From: Alphaproteobacteria bacterium
GTDB taxonomy: Bacteria > Pseudomonadota > Alphaproteobacteria > RF32 > CAG-239
NCBI GenBank assembly: GCA_017635595.1
Contig: JAGBLF010000027.1
Location: 24,530 to 88,529, forward strand
DNA length: 64,000 nt
Direction: 5' to 3'
Part shown: piece after piece, positions 50,971 to 60,286 of the stretch
How positions within the stretch are numbered: the first letter of the stretch is position 1
Layout of the letters: each line of letters starts with the position of its first letter
Program-made: the position numbers and the translations under genes
The notes under the pieces: model-generated
What the model saw: only the letters and a program-made list of their open reading frames with translations
Databases searched by the model: none
Told to the model about the DNA's origin: nothing

Positions 50971-53900
50971 CTACCAAACCTCGTTATACTTAAGGTTAGG
51001 GTCATTCAAACGGTTGAGATATTGATCCGGTGCCGCTTTGTGATAACTATCCGGAATAGTTGATTTCAGCGGGTGATAAATATCAACATAAGCGCTGTAA
51101 CCATCAGCAAACGGCTCGGTTTGTAAGTTGGCTCGGTTAAAGTAACAATAGGTTGTCACCGTTGCCTCGAGAGTGTCTTTAACCACAGGGAAAACATTCC
51201 ATGAAAGAGTTCCCTTTGAATTAACATGTTTCGAACCGGTACCGCTCAGATATTCATCATAAATATATGTCGGATAAACAAAGCCTAACAATATGGCCCA
51301 TGCTTTTGTATATTGACCATCGCACGCTGTTGATCCGACGGTAGTATCCGCACCACACAACGGAACCGTCAAAGCTTTAAGCCATGTATTTTGTTGGAAA
51401 ATAAAAGGCTTTAATGTTTTAGAAACATCCTTGGCCGTTAATACATAATGAACTTGAGAACCATCTTTGGCGTAAGAACGTGCCGTCATATTGCTGATAT
51501 CTTCAACAACAAACTCATCAGAATATCCCGCGAATCTCATTCTGGCTCGGTAATCACTATAAGTGTCCTCTACGCTCAACTGGCGATATTGCGGCAAAAT
51601 GTTATCTTTCAGGTTAGCGTCAGAATATGTATCATTCATAGCTCTTGCCGCTTCCGAAGTTGCCATTAATTGTTCTTCAACAAGATAATGCGGACCGGAA
51701 TTCTTCGTATCCGTTTGTACAAGGTTGCCGGCTTGTGCCATGTTCATACTCAGCGGATTTACCGTAATTACACGCATATACCCCGGCGGACATTGCGGAG
51801 TCGGAACCGATCCGGTATATGGTGAAGCCCAATCGACATCACTGGATGTTAAAACTTGTTGACCGCCGACACGACCATTTGCAACGTCATTGTAATTAAA
51901 GGTAAAGTTAGTAATATTATCATCTTTATTATTATTGGCAATGTAAATGCCTTTGGTAATAAAGTCAGGCAACACATCGCTCAAACGAGCACCGCCGCGT
52001 GTTGTCAATTTAATATCATGCATGACGGACGTATATGCCGGATTAACCATATAGGTATCATATCTGTTCAGATGAGCAGAACCGTTATACGTATTATATG
52101 TTTCTTGCTTTACCAATGGCGGAACAGAAACATAGTCTCCATTTGCATCCAAATTATTAGCCACAAAACGGCTGGCCTGAACTGAACCGCTTGACGATTT
52201 TGCAACCATATTACCGTTACCCCCGACATCATCGGACGGTCTTGACGGCATAATACTTACGGACCCCTTGCGGATATACACCGTTCCCGGATCAATTTTT
52301 TGACTATTGACCGTAAACTGTGAGTAACCGTCATAGCTAGGACTTTCATCATATGTTGTATCTTTGTGCTGCAAATCAAACATCACGGCTTTTTCATCTC
52401 TTGTTGTAGAATCGGCATAGATATCAATACCGGCATCTGCATCATACTTACCGATAGCCATATATTTATAGTTGTTATTGATTGAATCGGAATACAGATC
52501 CGGTGTAAAAGCGACCTGACCGTGTACAGCCATATCATAATGGATATTGCGGCTGCCGTTTACCATATCATCATGGTAGTTTCGATAATAATTCGAACCG
52601 CCATATATCTCTTCCTGGTCTCTGTCATTACCGGCAATAGAGACCACTTTTGAACCATCTTCCCTGATAACATTGAAATTAGAACCGACTAAGTCCAAAC
52701 TACCGTTTCCGCCGATTAGAACGCGGAAATTGGAATAAGAATCCGAAATACTATCCAAATCAGCACCAAAATAAATTTCATTTGCCGTTATTTGTTCTTT
52801 TAAGTGCTCATTGCCTATTGTTATCTTCCCGTCTTGCTTTGCTGTCAAATCAATATCATGTGCCGTCGCTTTTACAGAGTTATCCGAATAACCGTCGGAT
52901 GGATTATTGACCGCAAAAGTTGCTGCCTCGCCATCAGATTCATCATCGGTGCCATCACCGCCGGAACGAATTCTGAAACCATTATGGTCGATATCCACCG
53001 CAACTTTAGCCGAACCGTCTTCACGGCGCTGATAATCATACATTTTGATACCGTCTTTATCTACATCGAGCCATTGATACTGATCATCAACCTTTTCAGA
53101 ACCGGTTTTTAAGGTCGCGGTTCTGATACGATTGGTATCAATCTGGTCAGCTGCCAATAAACCGCGAACGCGCGTATTTGAACCGATTATAACCGGAAAT
53201 ACTTGTTTACCGTTATCACTATACTGGATTGCCCCGATTGTCGACTTTATACCGCCTTCATTAATTTTATTATAGCCATCCTTCATCATAGTGATTTGTC
53301 CGTTCTTTTCAGATGAATCATAGCTTATATCATCACTGTATGCGTTGCTTCCTTCCGTTTCCATATGAAACATATTTTCACGTACCAAACTCAACTCCGT
53401 GCCGGATGAATGTATACCGTGTGTTGCACTGATAACAAAGTCTTTACCGTCCCAGCCTCTGCCACCGATATGAACCATACCGCAATAGGCATCTGATGCA
53501 AAACCTTCGGCTAAGCTGAGGTTACCGTATTGTGACATATCACCCTGATAGGAAGTGATTTGAAACAGATAATCTCCGCCGTGAGTCAAAGACTGAGAAC
53601 CGCTTTTTTTAGCAAATTGCAACTTGGCTGAATCAGCAAAGAATTGTTCTGCAGCCGCTTTTACCGAGCCGCCGATAATAGCATTTTTATTTGCGGCATC
53701 CGGCGAAACATACAAACCGACATTGCTAACACCGGAAGGTACATTTTCAGTTCCGATAATCATGCTGTCAACGCTGCGAATACTGTGCATGGTTGCACCC
53801 TCCGGCGTATCAAGCGGGTGTTCATCGCCGTCGTTATACCCCCCCATATACAAATCCGTACGCATTGTGTTGCGCCATTTTTCTTCATCGCCTTCATAAG

Positions 53901-54558
53901 TTCTTTGCAAATATTTGGAATTATCCAAATCACCGCCTTGTGTGCTACCGTTTACGGCATTTGAGGTCGATGCAACCAATGAATATACCGGAGAATTGTC
54001 ACTCGGAAATACTTTAGAATAATCAGCGCCGTTCAAAGTCCAGATACCGCCGACACCGCGCGCACTGTTCGGCCCTCTGACATAACCGCCGTTGGCACCG
54101 ACTAATGAGGCAATACGGGCTGTTCTCTCCTGGCCGATACTGTCATCCTCATTTTCAGCTCGAGCCGGAAACAGAGCAAATGCCGTTAAATTGGTGCCGT
54201 TTTTAACAATGCTTATTTTCGGTGTTCCATATTCATATAAAGCATGATCTACTTGGAAATTATATGGTAAGAACGCATCTAAGTCACCCCCGCTGACATT
54301 AACCTCCTTAACGTCACTGCCGTTGTCCTCCATGTCTTTAACAATAGTTGTATAGTTGGCGGCCATTAAAGAATTAACGGCATTCATATATGTACGAACC
54401 GTCGTTGCCGTGTTAATATCTTCAACTTCCAGAGTTCTTTCTGCAGATTTTTTATACATTGTCGGCGTAACGACAGCCATTAAACCAAGCATCGCCAGCG
54501 CTTCTACCATCATACCACCTTTCTCGAGTATGGATTTTTTGTTAATAAATTTTTTCAT
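50971..54558 (-). CDS. Giant (1195 aa) secreted/surface protein with a prepilin/TadE-like N-terminal hydrophobic helix (conserved Glu) and a D/G/S/N/Y-rich body. Function unknown.
   Basis: The N-terminus is MKKFINKKSILEKG|GMMVEALAMLGLMAVVTP: a short basic leader, Gly, Glu at +5 after a putative Gly-Gly cleavage, and a ~20-aa hydrophobic helix. This resembles the class III (prepilin) signal and the TadE_N motif (VEFAL...P). The remainder is acidic and glycine-rich with no recognised domain. Downstream terminator. Confidence 0.55.
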   Translation of the reverse strand: MKKFINKKSILEKGGMMVEALAMLGLMAVVTPTMYKKSAERTLEVEDINTATTVRTYMNAVNSLMAANYTTIVKDMEDNGSDVKEVNVSGGDLDAFLPYNFQVDHALYEYGTPKISIVKNGTNLTAFALFPARAENEDDSIGQERTARIASLVGANGGYVRGPNSARGVGGIWTLNGADYSKVFPSDNSPVYSLVASTSNAVNGSTQGGDLDNSKYLQRTYEGDEEKWRNTMRTDLYMGGYNDGDEHPLDTPEGATMHSIRSVDSMIIGTENVPSGVSNVGLYVSPDAANKNAIIGGSVKAAAEQFFADSAKLQFAKKSGSQSLTHGGDYLFQITSYQGDMSQYGNLSLAEGFASDAYCGMVHIGGRGWDGKDFVISATHGIHSSGTELSLVRENMFHMETEGSNAYSDDISYDSSEKNGQITMMKDGYNKINEGGIKSTIGAIQYSDNGKQVFPVIIGSNTRVRGLLAADQIDTNRIRTATLKTGSEKVDDQYQWLDVDKDGIKMYDYQRREDGSAKVAVDIDHNGFRIRSGGDGTDDESDGEAATFAVNNPSDGYSDNSVKATAHDIDLTAKQDGKITIGNEHLKEQITANEIYFGADLDSISDSYSNFRVLIGGNGSLDLVGSNFNVIREDGSKVVSIAGNDRDQEEIYGGSNYYRNYHDDMVNGSRNIHYDMAVHGQVAFTPDLYSDSINNNYKYMAIGKYDADAGIDIYADSTTRDEKAVMFDLQHKDTTYDESPSYDGYSQFTVNSQKIDPGTVYIRKGSVSIMPSRPSDDVGGNGNMVAKSSSGSVQASRFVANNLDANGDYVSVPPLVKQETYNTYNGSAHLNRYDTYMVNPAYTSVMHDIKLTTRGGARLSDVLPDFITKGIYIANNNKDDNITNFTFNYNDVANGRVGGQQVLTSSDVDWASPYTGSVPTPQCPPGYMRVITVNPLSMNMAQAGNLVQTDTKNSGPHYLVEEQLMATSEAARAMNDTYSDANLKDNILPQYRQLSVEDTYSDYRARMRFAGYSDEFVVEDISNMTARSYAKDGSQVHYVLTAKDVSKTLKPFIFQQNTWLKALTVPLCGADTTVGSTACDGQYTKAWAILLGFVYPTYIYDEYLSGTGSKHVNSKGTLSWNVFPVVKDTLEATVTTYCYFNRANLQTEPFADGYSAYVDIYHPLKSTIPDSYHKAAPDQYLNRLNDPNLKYNEVW

Positions 54559-54599
54559 CTGCGTTCTCCTTTATACTTTCCGACCATAATAATTAACTC

Positions 54600-55412
54600 C
54601 TAATGCGATGAATAAGGGTACGAATCCCCCATTAATGTTTTACAGTGATGTCCCTTATCAGAAGTCAAAAATCTCTCGTATGCAAACAAACAAGGTATTG
54701 TTGTACCGCATTTTTCTCCGAAGTGTGGCATATTCCAGATTAGGGAGTTAGAAGGTATTTTAGTATATTTCTGTACGATTTTATCATCAACTTTTTCGGT
54801 TGTGCCTACTCTGGTGCTGTAACCGCGTAATATACATTGTAAATTAAAACCCGCCTGCCCCGAGCAATCAGTCCAACCGTAAAGCGAGCCGGCGCCTGTC
54901 GCCTTTGCCATCAAATTGACCAGCGTCGGTAATGGTTTTACAATGCCCTCGTTTTGATCAATATCCTTAGAAAGCCATCTGTCAGGAATTTGAGCGTACG
55001 ATATGGCGTACCTGTAACTCGTGGAAGTGCAATTTTCAAACGAATTACCATCCTCTTCTTCAAGCTTTTTTTTGGTGCATACAACCACATGGTACACATC
55101 CAAAAGATTAGTGGTTTGTTCATAACCTATCGGCAAATTACTGGCATAATCGGTATACGGCAAATTATTCATATTTTCTATCGTAATGTCATGCGGTGAA
55201 GTCAATGCATAATTTTTCCAAGAACCGTTATCGGTGTGCATAATAAGTTCGCATTCCATTGAGTGAACAAATGCCAAATGTTCGGCACGAAAACGATTAA
55301 CGGTAATAGAAGCTTTTACCTCATTCACGGCATTATCCGTATCTGAACGAGGCGAAAGATTAAAAAAGCTCAGCGCAACCATTATTGTTGCCAGAAAAAT
55401 CCATATGTACAT
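54600..55412 (-). CDS. Membrane-anchored, Cys-rich 270-aa protein. It is the first gene of an operon with the giant pilin-like protein.
   Basis: N-terminal hydrophobic helix (MYIWIFLATIMVALSFF), 10 Cys in the extracytoplasmic part, a GGAG RBS, and 41 bp upstream of the giant ORF. Confidence 0.45.
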   Translation of the reverse strand: MYIWIFLATIMVALSFFNLSPRSDTDNAVNEVKASITVNRFRAEHLAFVHSMECELIMHTDNGSWKNYALTSPHDITIENMNNLPYTDYASNLPIGYEQTTNLLDVYHVVVCTKKKLEEEDGNSFENCTSTSYRYAISYAQIPDRWLSKDIDQNEGIVKPLPTLVNLMAKATGAGSLYGWTDCSGQAGFNLQCILRGYSTRVGTTEKVDDKIVQKYTKIPSNSLIWNMPHFGEKCGTTIPCLFAYERFLTSDKGHHCKTLMGDSYPYSSH

Positions 55413-55589
55413 AACATATCACTCCGATAAAGGAAACTCCTTTACTATGAAAGTAACATAAAATTATCGAAAACACCAGAATTATTGCAAATTCCAATGT
55501 ATTCTTCATATTTTTGTAATATTTAACATCGTGCCGGTAAAAAAAATATTAAAGGTCTTCCGTGTATATTTACCTGTTTACAAAAAAAT

Positions 55590-55625
55590 ACCCCGAAACT
55601 CTTTTTCGGGGTATTTGGGGATTTT
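55590..55625 (-). terminator. Rho-independent terminator after the DsbA-like gene (minus strand).
   Basis: The minus strand reads ACCCCGAAA-aagag-TTTCGGGGT followed by a T7 run. Confidence 0.8.
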
Positions 55626-55642
55626 CTCAGATATAATACCGA

Positions 55643-56068
55643 TTACTTTGTATATGCTTTTATCCACATATCGAGCATTTTTTTATCTTCATCACTCCAA
55701 CCCATAACATAGTTCCGTCCGAAACAAATCAGCGGTGTGCCCGCTGTATTACCTATTTTATAGGTTTTAACCGCTTCGGTAAACAATTTCATATTACCCG
55801 GCATTTTTATATTTAACGCCTTAATTTTGGCATCCGGGTGATTTTCATGCAAATATGCCGCCGCATCGTGGCAGTGTGGACAAGTTTCCTGATAAAAAAA
55901 GTAAACTTCGGAAGCACTTAAATCTATAATACTTTTTTCTCCGGATTCTGCCGCAGCCGTATTTGCGGTATCCGGCGTTGTCTCATTTTTCGGTTCTTCC
56001 GAATTGCAGGCTGCAACCAGCAAAAACCCGCATAAACACACCAATAAACTTAATAATCTATGCGTCAT
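55643..56068 (-). CDS. Thioredoxin-fold lipoprotein with a CPHC active site (DsbA-like thiol:disulfide oxidoreductase).
   Basis: Lipobox LLVAAC. The CPHC motif is identical to the DsbA active-site tetrad. 141 aa. Confidence 0.6.
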   Translation of the reverse strand: MTHRLLSLLVCLCGFLLVAACNSEEPKNETTPDTANTAAAESGEKSIIDLSASEVYFFYQETCPHCHDAAAYLHENHPDAKIKALNIKMPGNMKLFTEAVKTYKIGNTAGTPLICFGRNYVMGWSDEDKKMLDMWIKAYTK

Positions 56069-56072
56069 TTTT

Positions 56073-56681
56073 TTACTCTATACAACAATTAACGGCTTTA
56101 CGAACAATATTTTTCATTTTGGATAAAGCACTGCCGCCGGTTTCCGCCTCGGTAACGCTGACTTCAACCTTTTCTTCAACTTTTACCGGAGCATTATTTA
56201 AAGCTTCGTTGGCTTTAACCGCCAATTTTTTTACTTCTTCAACATCCGGCTCAAGCCATTTCAGGTCTTTCGTTTCCATCATGCCCATATTTAATCCCCA
56301 AAACAGACAATACATATCGTAAGCCGAGTTAAACAATTTATAGGCTTCTTCATCGTTACCCAAAGATTGCTGTTTGGTTCCGACTTCCATTAAGCGCATA
56401 GAGGTTGCAAGTAGGTGTTTGGACATACACCAAACTTCACCTTCATAGCTTGGAATAATCTTTTGCAACAAATTTTTACGCGTTTCACGGACTTCTTTAA
56501 TTAAATCATAATATGAATTTTTACCGGTTTTTGCCCCCGAAAATACCAAATGTTCTTCAATGGAAATCAGGTTCATAATGGCAATACTTAAATCCTGATC
56601 TGAAGATAAATCTTTCGGGTTTAATTTTTTTGCAGCATCGATTCTTTCTACAAATTCTTTAACATTTCCTGCTTTTTTCAT
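56073..56681 (-). CDS. Hypothetical 202-aa protein, co-transcribed with the DsbA-like lipoprotein.
   Basis: No signal peptide. The C-terminus ends ...AVNCCIE. No recognised domain. Confidence 0.4.
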   Translation of the reverse strand: MKKAGNVKEFVERIDAAKKLNPKDLSSDQDLSIAIMNLISIEEHLVFSGAKTGKNSYYDLIKEVRETRKNLLQKIIPSYEGEVWCMSKHLLATSMRLMEVGTKQQSLGNDEEAYKLFNSAYDMYCLFWGLNMGMMETKDLKWLEPDVEEVKKLAVKANEALNNAPVKVEEKVEVSVTEAETGGSALSKMKNIVRKAVNCCIE

Positions 56682-56822
56682 CTTATTTTACTCCCTCAAG
56701 CTTGAAATATGTGTTTAACATAATAAGAAACATATTTAATGTCAAGGCAAACCTCTTTGTTGTTTGTTTATTATTGATTTCAATTTTTCTTTTTGTTATG
56801 CTCACCATTAAGGAGAAAAACT

Positions 56823-57215
56823 ATGGGAGCATTACTTTCATACATACCGTTTGCATCTGTGGGCAGCGGTGTTTTGGGTGTCACATTTTCACTTTTACTG
56901 GTAACGATTATGCTCGGGTTATGGGTGCTGGTTCTTATGGTATTGCATCCGCTGCACGCAACATTTTTTCTGATAACGGCACTGGCCGAATACGGGATTA
57001 TAACTTGGACCGGTTTCAATCTCTGGCCGGATTTTTTTGCTTTTTTCGGAATTTATATTTTTTTATTTGGCACTTATTCTCTGTTGTTGCGTAAATGGCT
57101 TCCGTTGCCTCAAACAGAAATAGAGCAACTAATTAAACTAACCCAACTAAAGCAAGACGGCTTATTGAATGACGATGAATTCAAAGCTGCCAAAAAAAAG
57201 CTCTTAAAGCTTTAA
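56823..57215 (+). CDS. Membrane protein with a C-terminal SHOCT-like domain.
   Basis: Start at ATG 56823 with an AGGAG RBS. Three or four TM helices. The C-terminal LKQDGLLNDDEFKAAKKKLL matches the SHOCT short C-terminal domain pattern. Confidence 0.5.
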   Translation: MGALLSYIPFASVGSGVLGVTFSLLLVTIMLGLWVLVLMVLHPLHATFFLITALAEYGIITWTGFNLWPDFFAFFGIYIFLFGTYSLLLRKWLPLPQTEIEQLIKLTQLKQDGLLNDDEFKAAKKKLLKL

Positions 57216-57216
57216 T

Positions 57217-57876
57217 TTAATATTCATCATCGCCGATTTCCGAGTCTATCCACAGCGAATTGATAAATGCTTGCTGACGGTCGTGCACGGTGTCGCAAGA
57301 AATTTTGCCGTTTTGGTCGGCGAGACACTGAACCCCCACATCGGCAGACTGATAGTTACCGTATTTACCATAAATATCTAAGATAAGCGGCAGCATATCT
57401 TCCGTTTCCATAACCGTTTGCGCACAAAATGATGATGTATAACGCGGCGCTGACGTCTCACGCCGACCTATATTCAGCGTAAAGCAGGTTTTATCACGAT
57501 CGACCACCATATTGGCATTACCGGTATAGTCCAGTGAGGTTCCATCTTCTTCCGCTGTAAACAAAGCAGAATCGGAACGTGTATTGGCATACGATTTATT
57601 TTTATACTCAGCGGTTTGCCGGTAAAAAGTTTCAATATCAAAAATAGCTATAAAATCGGCACTTTCGGCCGTTGCCGATGTTTTCATACCTATTTCCCCG
57701 AATTTATTGCTTAAAACACGGCGAATCTGTCCGGCATAACTGCTGCGCAGATTGCTGCGAAAATAAATGCTTTGTCCGTGATCTTCCGTCATATTGTTTT
57801 CTATTTTTAAGTGATACGCATCTTGTGTGCAAGCTGCTAAAATCAAACAAGTCAAAATCGTCAAACTTTTTTTCAT
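57217..57876 (-). CDS. Hypothetical lipoprotein.
   Basis: Signal peptide with lipobox ILAAC; no recognised domain. Confidence 0.5.
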   Translation of the reverse strand: MKKSLTILTCLILAACTQDAYHLKIENNMTEDHGQSIYFRSNLRSSYAGQIRRVLSNKFGEIGMKTSATAESADFIAIFDIETFYRQTAEYKNKSYANTRSDSALFTAEEDGTSLDYTGNANMVVDRDKTCFTLNIGRRETSAPRYTSSFCAQTVMETEDMLPLILDIYGKYGNYQSADVGVQCLADQNGKISCDTVHDRQQAFINSLWIDSEIGDDEY

Positions 57877-57973
57877 TTTCGCCCTCTTTATTTTTATCTG
57901 CGATATTTTTTTAATATTTTCTTGATATTCTCTAGAATATATGTATTTTATCTTTCGTCAAAAGTAAAACAAA

Positions 57974-59455
57974 ATGGATACACAGAATATTGACATCAAC
58001 CTGTTTGCCTTAACGGACTGCCATCAGGAAGCCCGCAAACTTTGTCAGTTGTTCAGCGGTATCATTCGCCGTGCGCCGGATAATGGCCGTAATACACTGA
58101 TTTGTGATTGCGGCGACTTATTTAAAGGTATTTATGACCGCAATTTGTGTGTTGAAAGTTATTTACAACTGCGCCGCCAAATGCCAGAAGCAAAAATTGT
58201 TTTGGCACTCGGTAACAATGATTTCGGGTTTAATGCCGAAAGTTTTTACTTTTTAAAACAAACAGCCAAACGCTTTAATCAGGCCAATATCCACCTTTTA
58301 TGCGCCAACCTGCGTGATATCGACACCGATTCTTATCCGCAATGGGTTGATCCGTACATTTTACTCAATATCAATCAAAAGAAAATTCTGGTAACTGCTT
58401 TTTGCGTAAATTATATTCGTTTACAAAAATACGGGCTTTATTTAGAAAAAATTTCCGATGCTTTTTTACGTTTGAAAGAAACGATTAAATATATTCAGCC
58501 CGATGCCTGCATTGTCTTAAATCACGCGTTAATGCCCAGCAGTCTGGAATTGCGCCGAATAGCCGATGAAAATGAAATACCGCTTGATCTTATTATCGGC
58601 GGACACGAACACGCACCGCTTGAGCCTGATGAAAAAAATCATATATATTATCCTGCAGCCTTCAGCCGAACGGCCTTGAGGTTTGGTATCCGTTTCTTTG
58701 ATAATCAACGATGCCGAATAGACTATACCGAGACAATAAATTGCAAACAAGAAGATGTGCTGCCAGACTTTTTACCGGCTTTGGAAGAATACGAAAATGC
58801 CGTCGGTTTGAATTTGCCTATAGCACCGAGTGTCCTTAATTTGGAACGTCAATATGCCAATCCGTGCGCCATCGGAACATTTATTGCCGATTTGATGAAA
58901 AATGCCGCTCATACCGATATCGGCCTGATTTCAACCGGTTACATTGTTCATGCACTGCGTTACGAACATGGAAAAATTTTAACCCATTACAATGTCGAAC
59001 GTGCTTTTTCAGCCCAAACGCCTCTACAAACCGTGACCATTCATCCGTTTGATTTAAAAAATATTTTTGAAAACGTATTCCGTTACAGATATTCTCTACT
59101 GTCCGGAAACACCCGCTTTTTACAAGGATCGCAAAACATTAAAATTATCGGCGAAAGACAGGCCGATAACAGCGGCACCGTTCGTCAGATTTATTTAAAT
59201 AACGAGCCTTTGTTAAATGATGAAGGGCAAGCTTTACATCCCGAAGATAACATTACTTGCGCCATTGATCCGTTTATCGGTACGGGTGAACTCGGTTTTG
59301 ATGCTTTCAAATCTTATCCTAAAGAAACTTTAATGAAAAATAATCGTCTGATATATATAAAAGACTTATTTATCAAGGCTATTAAAGATGCGCCGAAAAA
59401 ATATGCCGAAGGTTCGTCCTATCCGGCATATAAAATCATTGATGAAAATTTCTGA
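57974..59455 (+). CDS. Second UshA-family metallophosphoesterase/5'-nucleotidase paralogue, apparently cytoplasmic (no signal peptide).
   Basis: Motifs DCHQE, CDCGDLFKG, GNNDF and GGHEH, plus a C-terminal 5'-nucleotidase-like domain. Confidence 0.65.
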   Translation: MDTQNIDINLFALTDCHQEARKLCQLFSGIIRRAPDNGRNTLICDCGDLFKGIYDRNLCVESYLQLRRQMPEAKIVLALGNNDFGFNAESFYFLKQTAKRFNQANIHLLCANLRDIDTDSYPQWVDPYILLNINQKKILVTAFCVNYIRLQKYGLYLEKISDAFLRLKETIKYIQPDACIVLNHALMPSSLELRRIADENEIPLDLIIGGHEHAPLEPDEKNHIYYPAAFSRTALRFGIRFFDNQRCRIDYTETINCKQEDVLPDFLPALEEYENAVGLNLPIAPSVLNLERQYANPCAIGTFIADLMKNAAHTDIGLISTGYIVHALRYEHGKILTHYNVERAFSAQTPLQTVTIHPFDLKNIFENVFRYRYSLLSGNTRFLQGSQNIKIIGERQADNSGTVRQIYLNNEPLLNDEGQALHPEDNITCAIDPFIGTGELGFDAFKSYPKETLMKNNRLIYIKDLFIKAIKDAPKKYAEGSSYPAYKIIDENF

Positions 59456-60286
59456 TTATTTGAACATGGTCTGATAAACAATACCTATACGTCTCATTAA
59501 CCCTATTTTCGGTTTTGGCGATATAATTTCCCAACCACGCTCTTTCATTATTTCATACTGACAATAGCAAATATTTTTAATCAGTTTCAACGGCATTATA
59601 TCATTACTATTCATTTTACCGAGCAAACGGTCCGCCTTTTTAAAACAACTTTCAACCTGTTTTGAAAAGCTCTCTCTGGCTAAAGTAAGATTTTTATTTT
59701 CAACCATATTTCGCGGGGTATCGATTTTAACACCGGCTTTAGCAAGAATCTCTCTCGGAATATACAGGTGGCCGTTTTTGGCATCATCCTTAATATCACG
59801 CAGCATATACGTTACCATAACGGCACGCCCCAAATTTTTTGCCAGTTCTTCATTTGCCGACGGGTGAGTATTGGCAACAACCGACAGAGCCAATTTCAGC
59901 GGCACAACGGCCATACCATTGATATACTTTTCAAACGTTTCAATATCCGGTGCCTGCAAAGGCTTTGCCGCATTTAACAAAGCACTGTCCAAAATTTCTT
60001 TCCATGCAACTTTAGGTAAATCGAATCGCATACAGTTTTTATAGATTTTGCGTCCGATATTTGAAGCAGGAACACCTTTATCGTAAATATTATCCAACTC
60101 TTCACGCCAAGCTTGAAGCAATTCACTTTTTTCTTCCGGCGCCATGGTTGAGCGCACAATACCATCGATATGCTGACAAAAAGCAAATAATGTATAAACA
60201 GCCTCACGTTCTGATTTCGGCAAAGCACGCGTACACCAAAACAGTGATGGTTGCGATTTTTTAACAATACCTCCGACAGAAAGCAT
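59456..60286 (-). CDS. Squalene/phytoene synthase-family protein (HpnD/CrtB-like) that has lost the first Asp-rich motif.
   Basis: LPKSEREAVYTLFAFCQHIDGIV...LLQAWREEL matches the isoprenoid synthase N-terminal region, but QHIDGIVRS replaces DDxxD. The second motif region YMLRDIKDDAKNGHLYIP is retained. Confidence 0.55.
   Translation of the reverse strand: MLSVGGIVKKSQPSLFWCTRALPKSEREAVYTLFAFCQHIDGIVRSTMAPEEKSELLQAWREELDNIYDKGVPASNIGRKIYKNCMRFDLPKVAWKEILDSALLNAAKPLQAPDIETFEKYINGMAVVPLKLALSVVANTHPSANEELAKNLGRAVMVTYMLRDIKDDAKNGHLYIPREILAKAGVKIDTPRNMVENKNLTLARESFSKQVESCFKKADRLLGKMNSNDIMPLKLIKNICYCQYEIMKERGWEIISPKPKIGLMRRIGIVYQTMFK

Noticed and set aside
56702-57094. 130-aa plus-strand ORF overlapping the SHOCT membrane-protein gene in another frame.
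   Set aside because: It has no RBS and lies wholly inside a better-supported ORF that has an AGGAG RBS and a recognisable C-terminal domain.
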